From: a virus
Lineage: Duplodnaviria; Heunggongvirae; Uroviricota; Caudoviricetes
Direction: 5' to 3' (one strand)
Virus record (IMG/VR): IMGVR_UViG_3300049846_001252
Length of the DNA stretch: 15,150 bases
In this document: one piece after another, positions 7,509 to 14,048 of the stretch
How the letters are laid out: each line of letters starts with the position of its first letter
Position numbering within the stretch: the first letter of the stretch is position 1
Program-made: the position numbers and the translations under genes
The notes under the pieces: model-generated
The model's database searches: none
Told to the model about the DNA's origin: nothing
What the model saw: only the letters and a program-made list of their open reading frames with translations

Positions 7509-7624
7509 ATACCAAAAAATTTTGAAATCGGGGAAAACACGCGTCGAGGACCGGGGGTATACCTGGGTAGCCATCGGACCGAGATCGCGCAATCTAGACC
7601 CCTTAGCGTTCGTTTTAAACGATC

Positions 7625-7924
7625 CTACTTATTCTGACGGGCATGTCTTCTTCTGTCGGTAACTTGCTTAGCAACCCGTCTTAACCTACATGGATACGAA
7701 CAAACTACCTGTTTAGCCTTTGTTGTCAGGAATTCGTTATTACATTCCGGGCATACTTTTAGCTTCTCTTCTACCCCCCTTTTGTCCTTTGTATTTTGTG
7801 AAATACAATTAGGACAAATTTTCCCATGCCATTTCTTTCCAGTTTCGTCGGAATAGATATACTGACTATCCTTCATATTTAGGATTTTTGTTTTATCTTT
7901 GTTGCATACTTTACACAGCGCCAT
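7625..7924 (-). CDS. double zinc-finger protein (CxxC...CxxC and CxxC-x13-CSxxC), probable nucleic-acid binder
   Basis: CKVC, CPNC, CPEC, CSYPC; SD GAGGTG on the minus strand; basic C-terminus. Confidence 0.8.
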   Translation of the reverse strand: MALCKVCNKDKTKILNMKDSQYIYSDETGKKWHGKICPNCISQNTKDKRGVEEKLKVCPECNNEFLTTKAKQVVCSYPCRLRRVAKQVTDRRRHARQNK

Positions 7925-7944
7925 GTTTTCACCTCTGCTTCAAG
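7918..7944 (+). repeat. 27-bp repeat, copy 4 (degenerate, overlaps zinc-finger start and SD)
   Basis: GCGCCATGT-TTTCACCTCTGCTTCAAG, 14/18 core identity. Confidence 0.6.
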
Positions 7945-8021
7945 AACTTGTTAAGACCAATGATAATTTGTATCCACTTATACCCCCATTTTATGGGTAT
8001 AACCAGATATGAATTATAACT

Positions 8022-8048
8022 CCCGCCTGTTTTCAGACTTGCTTCAAG
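8022..8048 (+). repeat. 27-bp repeat, copy 5
   Basis: CCCGCCTGT-TTTCAGACTTGCTTCAAG, 18/18 core identity; intergenic, no adjacent start codon. Confidence 0.9.
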
Positions 8049-8102
8049 ATTTATATACCTTATATTTGTTCCCATGTATACCGACCCCAACTGATCTTCA
8101 TT

Positions 8103-8120
8103 CCCCCCTACCCCCCCCCC
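8103..8120. other. C6-TA-C10 homopolymer tract
   Basis: Read directly; sits at the compositional boundary. Confidence 0.9.
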
Positions 8121-8121
8121 G

Positions 8122-8230
8122 TGGCATGACTCTTGCATATATACAAAAAACGTGCCAACTAAAATCTTGGCATAGATCTTGCATAGAGAGAAGTCCCCTT
8201 GCAAGAATCGTACTAGGCATACTTTTTGCA
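8122..8230 (+). promoter_or_regulatory. three tandem sigma54 (-24/-12)-type promoter motifs
   Basis: TGGCAT-GACTC-TTGCA (8122-8137), TGGCAT-AGATC-TTGCA (8168-8183), AGGCAT-ACTTT-TTGCA (8215-8230); consensus TGGCAC-N5-TTGCW. Weaker minus-strand TGGCAC-GTTTT-TTGTA at 8157-8142. Confidence 0.75.
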
Positions 8231-8274
8231 GGGGAGACAGCAGTATCAGAATGAGACACAATCCGAAATAGTGT

Positions 8275-8303
8275 TTGACTTTATATATTAGTTTGGTTAT
8301 ACT
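8275..8303 (+). promoter_or_regulatory. sigma70-type promoter
   Basis: TTGACT-N17-TATACT upstream of SD GAGGAG and ATG 8332. Confidence 0.8.
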
Positions 8304-8331
8304 ACATTGAAACTAACGAGGAGTGTATAAA

Positions 8332-8520
8332 ATGAAATTCGATTTTAGAGGAAGAGTGTGTCAAATTGAGACATTCAAGACAAAGGGTGTTGTTAAGTAC
8401 AGAGCATTAGTGTTTAGTCATAGACTAGGAATTAAGTCATACTTTAAAACATTGGGCGAGTATGAGACAAGACGCGACGCATTGTTAGGATTGATGAGTC
8501 AAGTTGAGACGGTGGGGTGA
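8332..8520 (+). CDS. small basic hypothetical protein, first gene of the right block
   Basis: ATG 8332 with SD GAGGAG (ORF track uses GTG 8323); 62 aa. Confidence 0.7.
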   Translation: MKFDFRGRVCQIETFKTKGVVKYRALVFSHRLGIKSYFKTLGEYETRRDALLGLMSQVETVG

Positions 8521-8570
8521 GGTGGCTCAGTGTCTCGCTTTGAGAAGAATACATTTTTTTACTATTTTAC

Positions 8571-8597
8571 TTAAGTTTTAAAAATATAAGCCGATGA
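8571..8597 (+). promoter_or_regulatory. sigma28 (FliA)-type promoter 1
   Basis: TTAAGTTT-N11-GCCGATGA vs consensus TAAAGTTT-N11-GCCGATAA; followed by SD AAGGA and ATG 8621. Confidence 0.8.
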
Positions 8598-8620
8598 GTA
8601 TAGTATAAGGAAACTAAAAC

Positions 8621-9037
8621 ATGAAACAAGATGCAATTAGATATATAAATCAGACAATACTAAAACAAGCGTCTAAACTTAACTATACAGTTAAGAGCGA
8701 AGCGCCGAGTACAGAGGTCGATCTATTTAATAGCCCTAGTCTAATAGTCTGGTCTGGACAAAGTGACAAGACCGTGTTTCAAAATGAGACAGTGAATTGG
8801 GCTTTTAGAGCTTTACATGACGCATTGCATCTTAAGACTAAACTTAATTTCACTCATGACGCCGAAATTGAACTAGGTCACATTCAAGCATCTAAGTATG
8901 ATTCGGACTTATTAAGAGAGTTAGTTTTTTGCGAAGTCTCAATGCAAGCCATGTATCATAAGGAGACAGGATTGTTTTTGCAAGACCAAGCTTCATTCAC
9001 TGAAAATTTTTTAAAAAAGATTAAAGTTTTAAAATAA
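8621..9037 (+). CDS. hypothetical protein with FRALHDALH motif (possible zincin-like metal site)
   Basis: 138 aa; HDxxH followed by ...AE pattern seen in recurrent phage hypothetical proteins (recalled). Confidence 0.7.
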   Translation: MKQDAIRYINQTILKQASKLNYTVKSEAPSTEVDLFNSPSLIVWSGQSDKTVFQNETVNWAFRALHDALHLKTKLNFTHDAEIELGHIQASKYDSDLLRELVFCEVSMQAMYHKETGLFLQDQASFTENFLKKIKVLK

Positions 9038-9048
9038 ATGACCGATAA
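9022..9048 (+). promoter_or_regulatory. sigma28 (FliA)-type promoter 2
   Basis: TAAAGTTT-N11-ACCGATAA; followed by SD AAGGAG (9058-9063) and ATG 9074. Confidence 0.8.
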
Positions 9049-9073
9049 GTTATTTATAAGGAGATACAAGACA

Positions 9074-9334
9074 ATGACAATTTTAAAAAACGATGTTTTA
9101 GAGTTTCGAGTTAGTTATTATAAAAATAATAGACTGTATCAAATTAAGTCATCTAGCTATGCCTATGCATTAGGTGTATTCACTGGACTAAATTGCTCGG
9201 CGTTTTTAGACTTTAAAGCGTCTAATGACATAGGTGATTCAAGTCTTAGTGCTAGTCTAATGAAACGAGACAAGCAAGGAAACGTTTCAGTTATACACAA
9301 ACACTATTTGTCTCAGATTGAGAATCGAGTTTAG
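9074..9334 (+). CDS. hypothetical protein
   Basis: ATG 9074 preferred because it has an SD; the ORF-track ATG 9038 lies inside the promoter. Confidence 0.65.
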   Translation: MTILKNDVLEFRVSYYKNNRLYQIKSSSYAYALGVFTGLNCSAFLDFKASNDIGDSSLSASLMKRDKQGNVSVIHKHYLSQIENRV

Positions 9335-9336
9335 TT

Positions 9337-9609
9337 ATGACAAAAAAATATAAAACATTAGACCAAATAAGACGAGACTTAGACGCGGGCATTGACATAT
9401 ATTGGTGCAATCTTGGGTACAAGGTGCACTATGTTCCAGCATTAGACAACTTTGAGTCATACTCTGTTAAAAACGGAAAAGCAATTCGGGTGTCTTATAT
9501 TGAGACATACTTTGGGAGTCTTATCCAGCCTTCAGACATTGGAAGTTGTTTTAGTATCCAAGTCCCTAAGCAAAAGGAGAAGTCATGTCGCAAAATGATA
9601 CAATCTTAA
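9337..9609 (+). CDS. hypothetical protein
   Basis: 90 aa; operon-packed. Confidence 0.7.
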   Translation: MTKKYKTLDQIRRDLDAGIDIYWCNLGYKVHYVPALDNFESYSVKNGKAIRVSYIETYFGSLIQPSDIGSCFSIQVPKQKEKSCRKMIQS

Positions 9610-9728
9610 TTCAAGGGGTTAAGTTTCTCATTATGAGACGAGAGTCGCATCGGATGCTCTTGTCTTGGACTGAGAAGTCGGGCATAGTTAAGACTCGCTG
9701 GATTGCATACAAAGGAAAGGTTTAGTCT

Positions 9729-9923
9729 ATGTATGATTCAATGACTTTGAATGAACTAATAGAGCGAGAAAAATCGGCGCTCTGGTTGCTGAAAAACACA
9801 ACGTCAAGCGAAGCATTGCAGCAAGACGCAAAAAAAGACCTTTGGGCTATTAGGAAGGCTATGTCTAAAAACTATGACTTTAATTGGATAACTCAAGACT
9901 TTAAAAAAAGAAAGGGTTTATAA
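9729..9923 (+). CDS. hypothetical protein
   Basis: 64 aa; SD GGAAAGG. Confidence 0.7.
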   Translation: MYDSMTLNELIEREKSALWLLKNTTSSEALQQDAKKDLWAIRKAMSKNYDFNWITQDFKKRKGL

Positions 9924-9924
9924 A

Positions 9925-10275
9925 ATGAAACCGATTCAATCTTGGAACATAGACGGCGCGACTGTTAACATATATTCAGAGTATGACTCAGACTGGTCAT
10001 GGGTTGAGGAGTCTGAGGTCGAGGTTTTGAGAAAAATTAGTCGTGGGGACTTATTTCAGGTCATTATCGAAGTCAAAGTCTACGACAAAACCGGCGAAAT
10101 AGACGGGACTGATTCACTCGGCGGCGTGGTTTTAGAATACTCAATTAAAAAAGACTTTGAAAGTCAAGTCCGAGAAGTTATCAATGACCATGCAATGATT
10201 GATAATGCAAAAAATGAATTAGACAAAAAAATTAAAAATATACTGAAAGTGTATCAAAATGAAACAAAGCCTTAA
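9925..10275 (+). CDS. acidic hypothetical protein
   Basis: 116 aa; D/E-rich. Confidence 0.7.
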   Translation: MKPIQSWNIDGATVNIYSEYDSDWSWVEESEVEVLRKISRGDLFQVIIEVKVYDKTGEIDGTDSLGGVVLEYSIKKDFESQVREVINDHAMIDNAKNELDKKIKNILKVYQNETKP

Positions 10276-10771
10276 TGAACTAACTCGGCGCATAGTGGAT
10301 AATGATCTAGGCATTAAAGTCTATTTAAAGTCGTATGACGCGCCCGCTTTCCTATTAAAAACGATTGACAGGTATGAAGCGCAATACCATCCAGAAGTTG
10401 ACTCTATAGTCATGAATGAAGCATGGCATAGGTCCGAAGTTGATTTTTTTAGTACATTGATTCATGAGCTTAGTCATGCGACGGGACATGCGTCAAGACT
10501 TAACAGAGCGGGGATAAGTCAACGTTTCGGCATGGCATGGTTAGACTTTCACGTCGAGGAATTAATTGCGCAAAGGTCTTGCCAACTGGTCATGCAAAGT
10601 CTAGGCCTAAACGCTTGTCCGATTGAATATAAATGTTCGACTAACTACATGGCAAAACAATTGTTTCAGATTGAGACGCTGAGTCCGAGTTATGAAATAA
10701 ACGCGGACGATATTGAGACACAAGCTAATGATTCGGCGCAATTTATTTTAAAAAAAGTACTCAAGTTTTAA
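10259..10771 (+). CDS. stand-alone zincin-like metallopeptidase (ArdC C-terminal / MPTase-PolyVal type)
   Basis: FFSTLIHELSHATGHASRLNR...VEELIAQ matches the HExxH-TGH-xxRLxR...EELxAE signature of ArdC-type domains; no N-terminal ssDNA-binding domain. Confidence 0.85.
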   Translation: MKQSLNELTRRIVDNDLGIKVYLKSYDAPAFLLKTIDRYEAQYHPEVDSIVMNEAWHRSEVDFFSTLIHELSHATGHASRLNRAGISQRFGMAWLDFHVEELIAQRSCQLVMQSLGLNACPIEYKCSTNYMAKQLFQIETLSPSYEINADDIETQANDSAQFILKKVLKF

Positions 10772-10787
10772 AAAAAGAAGCCGAAGA
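10761..10787 (+). promoter_or_regulatory. sigma28 (FliA)-type promoter 3
   Basis: TCAAGTTT-N11-GCCGAAGA; followed by SD AAAGGAG and GTG 10827. Confidence 0.75.
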
Positions 10788-10826
10788 GTATTATATACGC
10801 GCTTTCCTAAACAAAGGAGTTGACAA

Positions 10827-11021
10827 GTGAATAAATATAAATACAAGTTTTCTGAATTATCAGACAAGGCAAAAAAACAAGCGGCGCATTATTATCGACA
10901 AGGATTGTTTGAAACGCGAGACGCGGACGACGTTCCTACAATTCAGGAATGTTTAGAGTATTGCCAAGATTGTGAAAATGATTTACTTTATAACAAAAAC
11001 GGAAAGATTAAAGGAGACTAA
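10827..11021 (+). CDS. hypothetical protein
   Basis: 64 aa; YKFSELSDKAKKQA N-terminus seen in many small phage proteins (recalled). Confidence 0.7.
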   Translation: MNKYKYKFSELSDKAKKQAAHYYRQGLFETRDADDVPTIQECLEYCQDCENDLLYNKNGKIKGD

Positions 11022-11025
11022 GACC

Positions 11026-11946
11026 ATGCAAGAACAAAAAAAGAAGCGAATTAAAAAAGTGTTTGACTCTAGACAGCTTTGTCATGTTTGGGCAAGTGAA
11101 ACGCAAAGCGAAGGTCGAAATAGTGGTAGATCTATGTTTTTTGAGAATAACACAATATACAGCTATGGTCGGCATTATACACTAGGCGTCATTCATACTA
11201 ACAAGCGCGGCGAAAAATTAGGACTTATAAACTCTGAAAGGTACAGCGTCACGACTTCCAAGCATCGAAGTCAAGCCGCCAGTGCCTTGTATGGTCGAAT
11301 GAATGTCTTGCATGTTCCTAGACCTAATGACTTAATGAGTGAGACTAATGAAATATATTTAACAAATGCCGTCGCAAGTTATGTTGAGGAAATTTTTAAC
11401 AGTCGAAAACATTGCAGCGAATACACTAAGGAAGGAATGCTAGACAGTATTAAAGATTTAAACATACTTTTAAAATTTAAAGGTAAAAAGGAGTTTAGCC
11501 TAGATGCTGAGACAATGACTGTCATTGATGAAATATTAGTCGAGAAGATTGAACAAAACAAAGCTAGGGACGCGGCTAGGTCTGAGAAAAGAAAGGCTCA
11601 ATTCGCTGAGTATAAAAGGCAACAGGAATTAAAACGCCAAGACTATCTGTCTAGTGTTATGTTATGGCCTACGTTTCAAAACACTAAGTCAATACCTAGT
11701 CAATATTTCCCGCATGACATGATTCGAGTCAATAAATTAACACTTGAAGTAGAAACGAGTCGAGGCGCGAAAGTTCCTTTAGATGAAGCATTGAAAGCGT
11801 TTCAGGACTTGGAGTCGGGCATTGATGTCATAGGTCGCAGAGTCGGAAGCTTTACAATTGATGAAGTCACACAAGACAAGATCGTAGTCGGGTGCCATGA
11901 GTTAGACAGAGCACAAGTTAGAAAAATTTTAAGCGAGGGGCTATAA
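11026..11946 (+). CDS. conserved phage protein of unknown function (HVWA...FFENNTIYSYGRHY; ETSRGAKVP...VGCH)
   Basis: ATG 11026 with SD AAAGGAG (ORF track starts 10972); N- and C-terminal globular parts joined by a charged helix. Confidence 0.8.
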   Translation: MQEQKKKRIKKVFDSRQLCHVWASETQSEGRNSGRSMFFENNTIYSYGRHYTLGVIHTNKRGEKLGLINSERYSVTTSKHRSQAASALYGRMNVLHVPRPNDLMSETNEIYLTNAVASYVEEIFNSRKHCSEYTKEGMLDSIKDLNILLKFKGKKEFSLDAETMTVIDEILVEKIEQNKARDAARSEKRKAQFAEYKRQQELKRQDYLSSVMLWPTFQNTKSIPSQYFPHDMIRVNKLTLEVETSRGAKVPLDEALKAFQDLESGIDVIGRRVGSFTIDEVTQDKIVVGCHELDRAQVRKILSEGL

Positions 11947-11947
11947 A

Positions 11948-12217
11948 ATGAATTATCAGATTAAAGGACCTTGGGAAGTTACTTTTAGGGAATTGACAGG
12001 TCAATATCACATCAAAGGAATGCATCAATTAGACAACGATGAGCACAAAATGAATGCTAACCTTATTGCTGCGGCACCGGAAATGCTTGAAACATTAAAG
12101 GAAATAGTTGAAATATTAGATAATAAAATTGCAAAGCTTGGTCCAAAGGATAATGACCTAGTCAAGCCTCGAAACATGGCTTTACATGCTATTTACAGAA
12201 CGACGGGGGGAAAATAA
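11948..12217 (+). CDS. phage protein with GPW...NANLIAAAPEMLE motif
   Basis: 89 aa; matches the widespread TPGPW...ANARLIAAAPELLEAL family. Confidence 0.8.
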   Translation: MNYQIKGPWEVTFRELTGQYHIKGMHQLDNDEHKMNANLIAAAPEMLETLKEIVEILDNKIAKLGPKDNDLVKPRNMALHAIYRTTGGK

Positions 12218-12218
12218 A

Positions 12219-12416
12219 ATGAAAATTGATTTAAGAGAATTTTCAGACGATGAGTTAAGCTTGTATGTTATGAATGATGAAAGTTTTTACCGAATGCGTC
12301 GAAATAGACGGGCATTGGTTGACTTGCTGGATAGTGTCTTTTTATATACGGACTGCCAGCTTGAAACTTTGAACCAAGACCTAGACGACGAAGAGAAGGA
12401 GAGCGAGTCATGCTAA
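12219..12416 (+). CDS. small acidic hypothetical protein
   Basis: ATG 12219 after SD GGGGGG; 65 aa, FSDDELSLYVMNDESFY. Confidence 0.7.
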   Translation: MKIDLREFSDDELSLYVMNDESFYRMRRNRRALVDLLDSVFLYTDCQLETLNQDLDDEEKESESC

Positions 12417-12880
12417 CAAAGGGTGAATTACAAAAATTAAGTGATCGAGTCGATGAGATAGACCAAACGATGGACTTATGTGACTCAAATCGAGACGCTG
12501 ATATCTTGGATAATTTAGAGGCCGAGCTTGATGAAATTATGAAACAACTTGAGGAAACGCCACAAAAAGGCAAGCTAGAAAGTCGAGAATTCGCTCTGTT
12601 AAGCGAGCCGCTAGACTATCAAGTAAGCTTCAGGCTTCAGGAATTAGAGCGTCATTTTTCAAAAGATTTAATTCGGGGGATTGTATTAAGTCGGGACTAC
12701 GCGCCAGTTCCTAAACCGACCCATCTTGAGACGTGGGACTCCAGCGAAATTATTAGACTTCACTTGAGCAATCTCATTATGACATACCCAATGAAAAATA
12801 TTGTTGACGTGTTTGAGATTCATGGATACGATGTCAAAAAGCTGAAGCAAGGCTTAAAACAAAAAAGAAAGGCTGGTTAA
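12410..12880 (+). CDS. hypothetical protein with acidic N-terminal coiled coil
   Basis: 156 aa; SD AAGGAG. Confidence 0.75.
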   Translation: MLTKGELQKLSDRVDEIDQTMDLCDSNRDADILDNLEAELDEIMKQLEETPQKGKLESREFALLSEPLDYQVSFRLQELERHFSKDLIRGIVLSRDYAPVPKPTHLETWDSSEIIRLHLSNLIMTYPMKNIVDVFEIHGYDVKKLKQGLKQKRKAG

Positions 12881-12882
12881 TT

Positions 12883-13257
12883 ATGTCTTATTGCATAACA
12901 AAAATAAAAGGGTATTCATTCACTGGAGAATTCGACGGGGAGTTAACAACCGAACAACTAGCCGAACTCGGTCTAGACGCTCAACCTGAAAAAGTCCCGC
13001 TTATTGAGGGAGACTTTTCGATTGACTGGGACGATGACATTGCTCAGCCGATGATTGATACCATGTACTTAATTAATCCATACGATGACAAAAAATTTAT
13101 AACTCTTGATCTAGACTCGGTTGACACGGCAACACTAGAGGAGCATCTTGCGCAGTACGGTGATTCGGCGGACTGGGAAAGCGACCGGATAGCAGAACGA
13201 GCGGACTGGGCCTATGACTCTTGGAAAGACCGAATGATGGAAGACGGGGGGGAATAG
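12883..13257 (+). CDS. highly acidic protein, candidate DNA mimic
   Basis: 124 aa with 20 Asp + 12 Glu vs 6 Lys + 3 Arg. Confidence 0.75.
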   Translation: MSYCITKIKGYSFTGEFDGELTTEQLAELGLDAQPEKVPLIEGDFSIDWDDDIAQPMIDTMYLINPYDDKKFITLDLDSVDTATLEEHLAQYGDSADWESDRIAERADWAYDSWKDRMMEDGGE

Positions 13258-13259
13258 CT

Positions 13260-13400
13260 ATGCACAGACAAACAGAGGAGACTATAGGACTGATTGTGTT
13301 CGGGGGATTGATGTTGGCTCTCGCGTGGGTTTTCCTATACACTTATGGCGAACTAGCGGGCCTTCCGGCTTTATTAACTGAAGTATTGAAAGGGTTATAA
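13260..13400 (+). CDS. 46-aa single-pass membrane protein; absent from ORF track
   Basis: MHRQTEETIGLIVFGGLMLALAWVFLYTYGELAGLPALLTEVLKGL*; G-rich SD; fills the gap between 13257 and 13403. Confidence 0.75.
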   Translation: MHRQTEETIGLIVFGGLMLALAWVFLYTYGELAGLPALLTEVLKGL

Positions 13401-13402
13401 AC

Positions 13403-13618
13403 ATGAAAAAGACAGAGTATGACAATTTATCAAGCGAAGCAAAAAAGGTCATTGACTACATCTTAGACCATGAACACGAGGACTTTATTGAGAATCCGAC
13501 TAAGACTCATGTCTATTACTTGGCCTTAGTGGTGACTGAAGGAAAGTCAACGGCGAATAAGATTTACTTTGAGACCATAGAGGAAAGTCTAGAAAATAGT
13601 GAGGTGTTTGGTGACTAA
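13403..13618 (+). CDS. small acidic hypothetical protein
   Basis: 71 aa. Confidence 0.7.
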   Translation: MKKTEYDNLSSEAKKVIDYILDHEHEDFIENPTKTHVYYLALVVTEGKSTANKIYFETIEESLENSEVFGD

Positions 13619-14048
13619 CTTCACAATGATAAGTCAGGGCACACGACTCATTTTTAGAAAGTACGGTCAGGACGGGACTACAGTCACCATCGGCGGACTA
13701 CCAAAGGACGGCTCATATAAGGTCGAGGATTGTCTAGGACGAGACATCACGGCATGGGTCAAGGAGCGGCAAGCCTTGGGGGACCGGAAGCTGGGTCAAA
13801 TTATTAAGGTCATGAACTTTATCGACAGGGTGTCAACGGCACAACGTCTCTTTTTGGATAGTCAAAAGATGTTTAAGGACGACCAGTTAGTTGAGGACCT
13901 TACGTATGCTTTCCTAAACTTTAAGGAAATAGGCGAAAAGTATATAAAAGAAAATGAACACCTACGAGCCGATAGAACTAAAGGGGGCGTTTCAAAAACT
14001 GAGGGACCTTTAGGTTCCGAGGATAGGACTAAAGCGAGGAATTTATGA
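13599..14048 (+). CDS. hypothetical protein (start uncertain, possibly ATG 13626)
   Basis: 149 aa ORF in operon. Confidence 0.65.
   Translation: MRCLVTNFTMISQGTRLIFRKYGQDGTTVTIGGLPKDGSYKVEDCLGRDITAWVKERQALGDRKLGQIIKVMNFIDRVSTAQRLFLDSQKMFKDDQLVEDLTYAFLNFKEIGEKYIKENEHLRADRTKGGVSKTEGPLGSEDRTKARNL

Noticed and set aside
8022-8048. Reverse strand of the repeat as a sigma32 -35 (CTTGAA)
   Set aside because: No CCCCAT -10 at 13-17 nt in any copy.
7929-8261. ORFs 7929-8261 (-) and 8009-8254 (+)
   Set aside because: They run through the C tract and promoter cluster, have no convincing SD or protein-like composition, and the region is better explained as regulatory.
9619-9645. sigma28-like TTAAGTTT followed by GACGAGAG
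   Set aside because: The -10 is poor and needs a 10-nt spacer; the sequence is better explained by the palindrome copy.
9660-9720. Hammerhead ribozyme core
   Set aside because: CTGAGAA does not match CUGANGA, and the GAAA and stem arrangement is missing.
282-13342. Antisense or nested ORFs 282-467, 1118-1306, 1529-1759, 3257-3442, 4312-4617, 4917-5258, 7280-7495, 11379-11561, 12268-12573, 13097-13342
   Set aside because: They overlap better-supported genes and lack motifs or SD support; treated as shadows.
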